DNA from: Desulfobacterales bacterium
GTDB lineage: Bacteria; Desulfobacterota; Desulfobacteria; Desulfobacterales; UBA5852
Reading direction: 5' to 3'
DNA: 25,755 nt
Assembly (NCBI GenBank): GCA_050122915.1
Contig: JASFIA010000001.1
Location: forward strand, 1-25,755
Below are positions 7,534 to 16,077 of the stretch, one piece after another. The notes under the pieces were generated by a model. It was not told the origin of the DNA and did no database searches. It saw only the letters and a program-made list of their open reading frames with translations. Position 1 is the stretch's first letter. Every line of letters begins with the position of its first letter. The translations under genes and the position numbers were made by a program.

Positions 7534-8807
7534 CCGTCATTCTGTTCGCCGTCCTCCTTATCTGCTTCGTTGTGGGCATGCCCATCGCCTTTTCCCTCGG
7601 GGTGGCTTCGGTGGCCACCCTCCAGTTCGGTTCCAATCTGCCACTGACCCTCGCGGCACAGCGCCTCTTCACGGGCACCGACTCCTTTCCCCTGATGGCG
7701 ATCCCCTTTTTCATGCTGGCCGGCGAGCTGATGGAGTCCGGAGGGATTTCTCGGCGGCTATTTGATTTCGCCCATGCCCTGGTGGGATTCGTTTTTGGCG
7801 GACTGGCGATGGTAGCGGTGGTCGCGGCCATGTTCTTCGCGGGCATCTCCGGCGCCGCTGCGGCCGACACCGCAGCGGTCGGAGCGGTATCTATCCCGGC
7901 CATGATCCGAAACGGCTACCAGAAAGGATTTGCCGCCGCCGTTCAGGCGGCGGGGGGGTCCATCGGTGTCATCATTCCTCCCTCCATACCCATGATTATC
8001 TTTGGCGTGGTGGGCGGCGTTTCCATCGGCAAGATGTTTATGGGCGGGTTTATCCCCGGCGCCTTGATCGGCGGTGGACTCATGCTCACCAGCTATTTCA
8101 TGGCCAGAAGGGCCGGCTATCGGAAAGAATCCTTCCTGGGATTTCGGCAAATCGTGCGGACCTTTTTGGGGGCGATTTGGGCCCTGCTCATGCCCATCAT
8201 CATTCTGGGGGGGATTCTTGGAGGCATTTTCACGCCCACGGAGGCGGCGGTGGTGGCCGCCCTCTATGGTCTTGCCGTGGGGTTCTTCATCTATAGAGAA
8301 CTCCGGATTAAGGATCTTCCCCGCATCTTCGCCAAGGCGGCCATCTCTACCTCCACGGTGATGCTGCTCATCGCCACCGCCAACATCTTCGGCTGGATTT
8401 TGACCGCGGAGCGGGTGCCCCAGAACGTCGCCGCCTATCTGGTGACCCTCACGGCTTCCAAGCACGTCCTTTATGCCTTGATCCTGGCCTGTCTCCTCGT
8501 GGTGGGAACCTTTATGGAGACATCGGCGTCCCTCATCATTCTGACCCCTGTCTTCCTGCCGGTGGTAGAACAGTTCGGGATCGATCCGGTCCACTTTGGC
8601 GTAATCATGGTGACGGCTCTGGCCATCGGCATGCTGACGCCGCCCCTGGGCATCTGTCTTTTCATATCGTGCAACATCGCTAGGATCGAACTCTCGGAGA
8701 TCATCCGATTTATTTTGCCCTTTCTGGCCATTATGATCGGCCTGCTGGTGCTGATGACCTACGTTCCCGAAATTATTCTTTTCGTCCCTAATCTCTTAGG
8801 AGAATAA
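7530..8807 (+). CDS. dctM: TRAP transporter large permease
   Basis: FPLMAIPFFMLAGELM, FAGISGAAAAD, IIPPSIPMI, GIFTPTEAA, DPVHFG, GMLTPPLG; ATGA overlap with dctQ. Confidence 0.96.
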   Translation: MTVILFAVLLICFVVGMPIAFSLGVASVATLQFGSNLPLTLAAQRLFTGTDSFPLMAIPFFMLAGELMESGGISRRLFDFAHALVGFVFGGLAMVAVVAAMFFAGISGAAAADTAAVGAVSIPAMIRNGYQKGFAAAVQAAGGSIGVIIPPSIPMIIFGVVGGVSIGKMFMGGFIPGALIGGGLMLTSYFMARRAGYRKESFLGFRQIVRTFLGAIWALLMPIIILGGILGGIFTPTEAAVVAALYGLAVGFFIYRELRIKDLPRIFAKAAISTSTVMLLIATANIFGWILTAERVPQNVAAYLVTLTASKHVLYALILACLLVVGTFMETSASLIILTPVFLPVVEQFGIDPVHFGVIMVTALAIGMLTPPLGICLFISCNIARIELSEIIRFILPFLAIMIGLLVLMTYVPEIILFVPNLLGE

Positions 8808-8812
8808 CCCCT

Positions 8813-10087
8813 ATGCCCCAGGTCACCTTCCCATTCGGTGGTGAAAGCCTGTCCGTCGATGTTCCGGACCGAAATCTGGCTGAAGTGTTGGCCCCCAAGC
8901 CTTCGAGATCCATCGACGACCTGCCGGCGGCCATTTCGGCTGCCCTCGACAGCCCCATCGACCAACCGCGGCTTGAGGAGTGGGTTCACTCCAGCGACAG
9001 GGTGCTGATCGTCAGCGACGACATTACCCGTTTGACGCCCTGCGATCGCATCATTCCGCCCCTGCTCGACCGGTTGAATGCTGCCGGGGTGCCGGACGAT
9101 CGGATTTCTTGCATCATGGCCCTGGGAACCCACCGATACATGACCGAGTCCGAGATGGTTCAAAAAGTCGGAGAAACGGTTTGCCGGCGGATTCTCGTCT
9201 TCAATCACGAATGGCGGGATCCGAAGGCTCTGGCGGACCTGGGTGCCTCCGAGCAGGGCACGCCGCTGGTGGTAAACCGGGCGGCGGTGGAGGCGGAAGT
9301 CGTCATTGGATTGGGGGCAATCGTTCCTCACCACATCCCGGGTTTTTCCGGTTCCTCCAAGATTATCCAGCCAGGTATCAGCGGCTCCCGGACCACAGCG
9401 GAAACCCATCTGCTATCCTGCGGCGGCGGCGGGGACTCCTTTCTTGGCGCCGAGGACAATCCGGTGCGTCGGGACATGGACGAGATGGCCGATCGGGTCG
9501 GGATGAAAACCATTTTCAACGTGGTCATGGACAGTCAGGGGGCTGTGGTAGGCGTCTTTTTCGGAGAGATGCGCGGCGCATTCCGGAAGGGGGTGGAACT
9601 GGCCAGGGAGATCTACGGCATCCCCTATCGCGAAGTGCCCGATGTGGTGATCGCCAATGCTTATCCTTGCGAGCTCGATTTCTGGCAGTCCCACAAGGCC
9701 CAGTATCCGGCCCAGCGGATGATCCGTCCCGGCGGCACTATCATCGTCTGCACGCCGGCGCCGGAAGGGGTGAGCCCTGTGCACACGGAACTGCTTGAAT
9801 TTACGGCATGGTCTTCCACGGATATCAAAGCGGCCTATCGGAAAGGCCGGATTTCCAACGGGGTGGCCTGCGCACTGGCCGTCGCATGGGCCATGGTGAG
9901 GGAAAAGGCATCTGTCATTCTTTTTTCTCCAGGCATCCCGGAACCGGACAAGCGCCGGTTGGGGCACACCCACGCACCATCCCTGGAATGGGCGATGGCG
10001 GAAGCCATTCGCCGGCAGGGCAGGGATGCACGGATCTCCGTGCTGACCCATGCCCCGGATATGCTGCCCATTGGCCCGATGGCTTGA
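8813..10087 (+). CDS. larA: LarA-family nickel-pincer-nucleotide racemase/epimerase (paralog 2)
   Basis: SDDITR.TP, ALGTHR, PHHIPGFSGSSKIIQPG, AETH, LDFWQSHK, PGGTII..TPAPEG. Confidence 0.9.
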   Translation: MPQVTFPFGGESLSVDVPDRNLAEVLAPKPSRSIDDLPAAISAALDSPIDQPRLEEWVHSSDRVLIVSDDITRLTPCDRIIPPLLDRLNAAGVPDDRISCIMALGTHRYMTESEMVQKVGETVCRRILVFNHEWRDPKALADLGASEQGTPLVVNRAAVEAEVVIGLGAIVPHHIPGFSGSSKIIQPGISGSRTTAETHLLSCGGGGDSFLGAEDNPVRRDMDEMADRVGMKTIFNVVMDSQGAVVGVFFGEMRGAFRKGVELAREIYGIPYREVPDVVIANAYPCELDFWQSHKAQYPAQRMIRPGGTIIVCTPAPEGVSPVHTELLEFTAWSSTDIKAAYRKGRISNGVACALAVAWAMVREKASVILFSPGIPEPDKRRLGHTHAPSLEWAMAEAIRRQGRDARISVLTHAPDMLPIGPMA

Positions 10088-10108
10088 AAATAAAGGCACC
10101 TGAGCCTT

Positions 10109-11386
10109 GTGAACGATAACAATATCCATGTGGCGGTTGTGGCCGATGACCTGACCGGTGCGGCCGACACCGGCGTTCAATTCTGTTCCGTTGCGGAGCC
10201 GTTTGATCTGCTGCCGTGGCAGCCCCGGGAGTGGTCCGGCGGCTTCTCCGGGGCAGTGAAGGGTTTGGCCGTTTTTACCAACTCCCGGCACGATTCACCC
10301 CCAGCAGCCGCTCGCAAAGTGCGTCGGGTTGCCGATCTCATCAGGAGGCATGCCCCCAGGGTCGTCTACAAAAAAATCGACTCCTGTCTGAGGGGCAATC
10401 TCGGTTCTGAAATCGATGCGCTCCTTGAGTCCCTTGAGTGCCCGGTGAGTTTCATCGCCCCGGCGCTGCCCGGTCAGGAGCGGACCACGGAAAACGACGT
10501 TCATCGGGTTCGAGGCGTCCCCGTGGCGGAGAGCGAGATCGCCCTCGACCCCCTTTGCCCGGTATCGGAGTCCCGGCTGTCCCGGCTGCTGGCCGCCCAG
10601 AGCCGGTATCCTGTCGGGCGGGTGGGGCTGGAGGATGTCGCCGCCGGCTCGGAGCGGCTTCGGGCGGCCATCGGTTCCCGGATGGCCGAGGGGTGCCGGC
10701 ATATCGCTTTCGATGCCACCGAAACCGTCCATCTGGATGCCATCGCAGCCGCAGCCACCCGGTTTTTTACAGGCGCCCTTTTGGTCGGATCCGCCGGTCT
10801 TGCCGCCAGCCAGGCGTCCTGGCTGGGAGAAAAGACCCGGACATTGGCGTCACTCCCTACCCGGCGACTTCAGCGGATGCTTTGGGTTTGCGGGTCGGCA
10901 ACGACGGTGTCGCTCCGTCAGGCGGAGGCGCTCAGGGACCGTTCGGTGGTCGCCCCGATCGTCTTGCCGGCAGCCATGCTGGCTGATGCCGAGAGCGCAT
11001 CGGGTCGGAAAGGGTTTGTCGATCAAGTGATCGCCGGCTGGTCCCAGGGGGTTCGGATGATTTTGATCGAGCCCCTCGGAAAGGGGCCACATGCTGATCC
11101 AGCACTGGTGGTTGCCGGGCTCGGGGCGATTGTGGCCGATATCGTCCGCCTCACGTCGCCGGAAGGCCTGTTTTTGACCGGAGGCGATACCGCCGAGGCT
11201 GTCTGGCGCTGCCTCGGGGCTGCCGCCATCCGCCTTGAAGGAGAGGTCTTGCCTGGCGTGATTCGAGGGCGCTGGATTGGAGGCGCCATGAACGGCGGGA
11301 CAGTGATCACCAAGGCCGGGGCCTTCGGCGACCCGGAAACCCTGTTAAATCTCTATAGCCAATCCGTGAGAGGGGTGACGCAATGA
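10109..11386 (+). CDS. Four-carbon acid-sugar kinase (DUF1537/DUF1357; DtnK/DenK type)
   Basis: ADDLTGAADTG, YKKIDSCLRGNLGSE, PALP..ERTT, LTGGDTA, ITKAGAFG; adjacent to pdxA; GTG start. Confidence 0.9.
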   Translation: MNDNNIHVAVVADDLTGAADTGVQFCSVAEPFDLLPWQPREWSGGFSGAVKGLAVFTNSRHDSPPAAARKVRRVADLIRRHAPRVVYKKIDSCLRGNLGSEIDALLESLECPVSFIAPALPGQERTTENDVHRVRGVPVAESEIALDPLCPVSESRLSRLLAAQSRYPVGRVGLEDVAAGSERLRAAIGSRMAEGCRHIAFDATETVHLDAIAAAATRFFTGALLVGSAGLAASQASWLGEKTRTLASLPTRRLQRMLWVCGSATTVSLRQAEALRDRSVVAPIVLPAAMLADAESASGRKGFVDQVIAGWSQGVRMILIEPLGKGPHADPALVVAGLGAIVADIVRLTSPEGLFLTGGDTAEAVWRCLGAAAIRLEGEVLPGVIRGRWIGGAMNGGTVITKAGAFGDPETLLNLYSQSVRGVTQ

Positions 11387-12411
11387 GCACAGGCCACCGT
11401 CCGATTCTGGGCATAACCATGGGAGATCCCGGAGGGATCGGCCCTGAAATTTGCGCCAAAGCACTCAGGGACGATGCCATCTACGATATCTGCCGCCCCC
11501 TCGTTGTCGGTGATGCCGGCGTTATGGGTAATGCCGTGGACTTCTGCGGGCTGGGACTCGATGTCTACTCGGTGGTGAACCCCACTGACGGGGCTTACCG
11601 CAAGGGACGAATCGACGTCCTGGACTTGACCAACATGCCGATGGCCGAGCTACGGCATAAGACAGTGACCCCGCTCCAGGGCAAGGCATCCTTCGAGTAC
11701 ATCGCGCGGGCGATCGCCCTGGCCCTTGCCGGTGACATCGACGGCACGGTGACGGGACCGATCAACAAGGCCTCCATCAACGCAGCCGGGTTCCATTACG
11801 CCGGTCACACCGAGATCTACGCCCATCTCACCCGAACCCGGGACTACTCCATGATGTTGGTCGAAGGGGGGTTCCGGGTCACCCACGTGTCCACCCATGT
11901 CTCATTGAGGGAGGCCTGCGATCGGGTGAAGAAGGAGCGGGTAGAGACGGTTGTCGACCTCACCCATGACGCCTTGACCCGCCTGGGTATTCCCAGGCCG
12001 CGAATCGCCGTTGCCGGCCTCAATCCCCACTGCGGGGAAGGGGGGCTCTTTGGAACCGAGGACGACCGGGAGATCGCCCCGGCAGTGGCGGCGGCCCGAG
12101 AAAAGGGACGGCTGGTCCAGGGGCCTCTACCGGCCGACACCGTGTTCTCGAAAATGCGGGGAGGCATGTTCGACGCCGTGGTGGTCATGTATCATGACCA
12201 GGGCCATATCCCCACGAAGCTGGTGGGCTTCCAGTACGACGACAACACCGGCACATGGGGCCAGATGGCGGGCGTCAACGTCACCCTGGGACTCCCCATC
12301 ATCCGCACTTCCGTGGATCACGGCACCGCCTTTGGAAAGGCCGGTGAGGGCCGTGCCAACCCCCAGTCCATGATCGAAGCGGTTAAGCTTGCCGCCCGAA
12401 TGGCCCAGTGA
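11383..12411 (+). CDS. pdxA: PdxA-family dehydrogenase, PdxA2 type (4-phospho-D-threonate/erythronate 3-dehydrogenase, decarboxylating)
   Basis: GITMGDPGGIGPE, TGPINK, GHTE, LNPHCGE, MYHDQGHIP, VNVTLGLPIIRTSVDHGTAF; ATGA overlap with the kinase stop. Confidence 0.93.
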   Translation: MSTGHRPILGITMGDPGGIGPEICAKALRDDAIYDICRPLVVGDAGVMGNAVDFCGLGLDVYSVVNPTDGAYRKGRIDVLDLTNMPMAELRHKTVTPLQGKASFEYIARAIALALAGDIDGTVTGPINKASINAAGFHYAGHTEIYAHLTRTRDYSMMLVEGGFRVTHVSTHVSLREACDRVKKERVETVVDLTHDALTRLGIPRPRIAVAGLNPHCGEGGLFGTEDDREIAPAVAAAREKGRLVQGPLPADTVFSKMRGGMFDAVVVMYHDQGHIPTKLVGFQYDDNTGTWGQMAGVNVTLGLPIIRTSVDHGTAFGKAGEGRANPQSMIEAVKLAARMAQ

Positions 12412-12446
12412 AAAGCCGACGTGGCCCGCATTACAGGGGAGACACC

Positions 12447-14114
12447 ATGCGCAGCCGGAACATCCTAAGCCGCCCGGAATGGAGCATCAACCGGGCCTAC
12501 TACAAATCCATGGGTTACACGGATCTGGATCTCGACCGTCCCCTTATCGGCATCGCCAATGCATGGAGTACGACCGTGCCCGGCCACATCAACTTGAGAC
12601 AAGTGGCCGAATCCGTGAAGGCCGGTATCTGGAGCACTGGCGGAACTCCTGTGGAATTCGGCGTGATCGGTGCCTGCGACGGCATCGCCGAAGGTCACGC
12701 GGGAATGAGATACATCCTCCCCACCAGGGATGTCATCGCCGACAGTATCGAACTCATGGTTCAGGCCCATCAGTATGATGGTGTGGTTTTGCTGGGTTCC
12801 TGCGATAAAATCGTACCGGGTATGCTTATGGCCGCCGCCCGGCTTGATCTTCCGGCCATCCTGGTCAATGGCGGACCGATGTTGGGGGGGCCAGAGATTG
12901 CCGGCCGGATCTCGGATTCCACTTCCATTATCGAAGCCGTGGGTCGCCTAAAAAAGGGGGAAATTACCGAGGCGGATCTGGCCGGCATGGAGGATGCCTG
13001 TGCACCCACCTGCGGTTCCTGCTCCTTTCTTGGAACCGCCAACACGATGGGATGCATTGCAGAGGCACTGGGCATGTCTCTTACCGGAAGTGCAGTGATT
13101 CCAGCCACCCACGCCCGTCGCATGCACGTGGCCCAGGCCAGCGGCCGGGCCATCACGAGACTGGTCAAGGACGGTGTCGGCGCCCGACAGATTCTTACCG
13201 GCGAGGCCATCGAAAACGCCGTTCGCCTCACTGCCGCCATCGGCGGGTCCACCAACGCGGCCCTTCATATCCCGGCTATTGCCTACGAAGCCCACGTTGC
13301 ATTCGATATCGGGATGTTCGACAGGATCAGTCGGACAACGCCCCTGATCGCCAAGATGAACCCTGCCGCCGCCGTCAATGTGATCGATTTTTACGCTTCC
13401 GGCGGCGTGCCTGCGGTCATGGCGGAGCTGATGCCTCTGCTCAACACAGAGGCTCTGACGGTAACCGGAATGACCATGGGGGAAAATCTGGCCGGCTGCC
13501 GTTCCCCGAACGATGCGGTGATCCGAACCCTCGAAGCGCCCTTCAGTGCCACCGGGGGACTGGCGGTTCTCTACGGGAGCCTCGCCCCCCAGTCGGCCGT
13601 GACGAAACCGGCGGCCATTCGAAGCGACATGTTGATCTTTTCCGGACCGGCCAGGGTCTTCGACTCAGAGCAGCAGGCCAACACGGCCATCCTGCAAGGA
13701 GCGGTGATACCGGGGGACGTTGTGGTGATCCGCTATGAGGGGCCCAAAGGAGGGCCGGGAATGCCCGAGATGTTCAAGGCCATGAAGTTGATACACGGCT
13801 TGGGACTGTCCGATCGGGTCGCCCTCGTCACCGACGGCCGGTTTTCAGGAACCAACAATGGGTGCTGCGTCGGCCATATCTCTCCGGAGGCCATGGAGGG
13901 TGGCCCCATTGCCCTGGTGCAAGACGGCGACACCATCACCATCGACATCCCCGGCAAACGACTTGATTTGACGGTATCGGAAGCCGACCTCGATGCCCGC
14001 CGCTCCCGGTGGGAGCGGCCGGCGCCCCGGGTCTCGGAGGGCTACCTTTACCTCTACAGTCGACTGGCCGAGTCTGCCGACAAGGGAGCCATTATCCGAA
14101 ACCGGGCCGGTTGA
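12447..14114 (+). CDS. ilvD: IlvD/Edd-family Fe-S dehydratase (dihydroxy-acid or sugar-acid dehydratase)
   Basis: PGH..L, CDGIA.GH.GM, GSCDKIVPG, CGSCSFLGTANTM, GGSTNA, RYEGPKGGPGMPEM, TDGRFSG, GHISPE; ATG 12447 follows a GGGGAG RBS. Family is secure, substrate is not. Confidence 0.88.
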   Translation: MRSRNILSRPEWSINRAYYKSMGYTDLDLDRPLIGIANAWSTTVPGHINLRQVAESVKAGIWSTGGTPVEFGVIGACDGIAEGHAGMRYILPTRDVIADSIELMVQAHQYDGVVLLGSCDKIVPGMLMAAARLDLPAILVNGGPMLGGPEIAGRISDSTSIIEAVGRLKKGEITEADLAGMEDACAPTCGSCSFLGTANTMGCIAEALGMSLTGSAVIPATHARRMHVAQASGRAITRLVKDGVGARQILTGEAIENAVRLTAAIGGSTNAALHIPAIAYEAHVAFDIGMFDRISRTTPLIAKMNPAAAVNVIDFYASGGVPAVMAELMPLLNTEALTVTGMTMGENLAGCRSPNDAVIRTLEAPFSATGGLAVLYGSLAPQSAVTKPAAIRSDMLIFSGPARVFDSEQQANTAILQGAVIPGDVVVIRYEGPKGGPGMPEMFKAMKLIHGLGLSDRVALVTDGRFSGTNNGCCVGHISPEAMEGGPIALVQDGDTITIDIPGKRLDLTVSEADLDARRSRWERPAPRVSEGYLYLYSRLAESADKGAIIRNRAG

Positions 14115-14304
14115 CGTCCGCCCATTTTGACATGGGTTCAACCGATCCCCGCGCCCTCCTCTGCCCCTGATGGCCGCATAATCAAGAAAATCCCCTTTCA
14201 TTAAAGGTTCCAGGCGTTACCTTCAACACAGCCGTCTTCGATGAGGGGCTCAACCTGCCCTCGATCCTTTTTGAAATGATTCCGTCAACGGAAGGGGTGA
14301 CACC

Positions 14305-16077
14305 ATGGGCCGACCCGTCGCCGTTGCCATCGCCGTTCTGTGGATGGTTATTTGTTTCTCCACCCGTGCCATCGAAGCAGGCGTCCCTCCGGCAGACGTG
14401 ATTCTATACAACGGCCGGATTCACACAATGAACGATCGTCAGCGCCAGGCGGCCATGATTGCCGTGGTCGGGGATCGCATCGTCCATGTGGGAGGGGCGG
14501 GGGATGTGGACCGGTGGCGGGGGGACGCCACCCAACTGATCGATCTCGAGGGCCGAACCGTGATCCCGGGACTGATCGAAAGCCACGGGCATCTCCTCGC
14601 ACTGGGGCGTTCTCGAATGATTTTGGATCTAAGCGGGGCCCATAACTTTGACGACCTCGTCCGGCGGGTGGCATCGGCGGTTGAGGCAACCCCTTCCGGG
14701 CAATGGATCCTTGGGGCGGGATGGCATCAGAGCAAATGGGATCCGCCGCCGGATCCGGCGGTCAACGGGTTCCCTGTCCATCGCGTCCTGAGCCAGGTCA
14801 GTCCGTCTCATCCGGTGTTTCTTACCCATGCAAGCGGTCACGCCGGACTGGCCAACGCCATGGCCATAGCCCTTGCGGGCATTACGCCCCATACCGTGGT
14901 CGACGGCGATGGAGAAATCATTCGGGAGCCAGACGGAACGCCCACGGGCGTCTTTACCGAGCGTGCACAGGAGCTGATCCGCCGGGCCATACCCGAGGCC
15001 ACGCCGGAGCGGAATCGACAGGCCCTCTCCCTGGCCATTTCAGAGGCCCTCGAAAACGGGATCACGAGCTTCAGGGATGCCGGCTCCAGCAGGGAGGATA
15101 TCGACCGATACCGATCCTTCTTGTCCGAAGGCCGCCTGGGGGTGAGGGTATGGGTGATGGTGGACGGGAGTGACAGCGATCTGGTGGAGGAATGGTTGGA
15201 ACGGGGGCCCGAGATCGACTCGGGGAACCGATTCCTGACCATTCGGGCCTTCAAGCTGTTTGCCGATGGGGCCCTGGGTTCCCGGGGCGCATGGCTTCTG
15301 TCTCCTTACGCCGACCGGCCCGAGCACTCGGGCCACAGCCTGATCGCCATGGAAGACCTTTATCGACTCTCGGCGGCCGCATTGAGGAGGGGGTTTCAGC
15401 TCTGCGTCCATGCCATCGGAGACCGGGCCAACCGGGAGGTGTTGAACCAGTTCGAGCGCGCCTTCACATCTTATCCCGCCAATTCACAAGACCACCGTTT
15501 CCGGATCGAGCACGCCCAGCACATCGATCCCTCGGATATCCCGCGTTTTGCCAGGATGGGGGTGATCGCCTCGGTTCAAGGAATTCATTTCTCTTCGGAT
15601 CGACCCTGGGCCATCGACCGCTTGGGCAGGGACCGAATCAGTGACGGGGCCTATCCATGGCAATCGCTATTGGCTTCGGGGGCTGTGGTGGTCAACGGTA
15701 CGGATGCCCCGGTGGAGCCCATAAATCCCATCGCCTCCTTCTACGCGTCGGTTACCCGGAAAACCCTCGACGGTCGACCCCAGAACGGTTTCGAGCCTTA
15801 CCAGCGGATGAGCCGTCATCAGGCTTTGAAGGCCTATACCCTGGATGCGGCCTTTGCCGGATTCGAGGACTCGGTCAAGGGATCCATCGAGGTCGGAAAG
15901 CTGGCGGATTTCACCGTGCTTTCCCGGGACATCATGACCATTGCCGAGGACAGGATTCTCGGCACACGGGTCGAGATGACCATTATCGGGGGGCGTGTGG
16001 CCTATTCCAGGGCGGAGCGACGAGGGGCTTCCGTCGCCCCCACGCCGTCGACATCGAGGGTTACGAGATATCCATGA
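14305..16077 (+). CDS. Exported metal-dependent amidohydrolase (amidohydrolase_3 / YtcJ-like)
   Basis: Signal-peptide-like N-terminus; NGRIHTM, DLEGRTVIPGLIESHGH, KLFADGALGSRGA, HAIGDRA, RIEHAQ, GTDAPVE, KGSIEVGKLADF. Confidence 0.9.
   Translation: MGRPVAVAIAVLWMVICFSTRAIEAGVPPADVILYNGRIHTMNDRQRQAAMIAVVGDRIVHVGGAGDVDRWRGDATQLIDLEGRTVIPGLIESHGHLLALGRSRMILDLSGAHNFDDLVRRVASAVEATPSGQWILGAGWHQSKWDPPPDPAVNGFPVHRVLSQVSPSHPVFLTHASGHAGLANAMAIALAGITPHTVVDGDGEIIREPDGTPTGVFTERAQELIRRAIPEATPERNRQALSLAISEALENGITSFRDAGSSREDIDRYRSFLSEGRLGVRVWVMVDGSDSDLVEEWLERGPEIDSGNRFLTIRAFKLFADGALGSRGAWLLSPYADRPEHSGHSLIAMEDLYRLSAAALRRGFQLCVHAIGDRANREVLNQFERAFTSYPANSQDHRFRIEHAQHIDPSDIPRFARMGVIASVQGIHFSSDRPWAIDRLGRDRISDGAYPWQSLLASGAVVVNGTDAPVEPINPIASFYASVTRKTLDGRPQNGFEPYQRMSRHQALKAYTLDAAFAGFEDSVKGSIEVGKLADFTVLSRDIMTIAEDRILGTRVEMTIIGGRVAYSRAERRGASVAPTPSTSRVTRYP

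Noticed and set aside
4546-10087. Literal lactate racemase function
   Set aside because: Residues after the catalytic His differ from the lactate enzyme, and no lactate permease or dehydrogenase is nearby.
11383-12411. pdxA as a vitamin B6 biosynthesis gene
   Set aside because: No pdxJ/pdxB/serC or surA-ksgA context; overlap with a DUF1537 kinase is the PdxA2 signature.
12408-12446. GTG 12408 start for the dehydratase
   Set aside because: ATG 12447 has a clear RBS and matches the family N-terminus.
3704-14114. panB + ilvD as a pantothenate biosynthesis module (IlvD makes ketoisovalerate for PanB)
   Set aside because: Not excluded, but disfavoured: no panC/panD/panE or ilvBNC, and both genes sit in a DeoR-led uptake and catabolic operon with divergent motifs.
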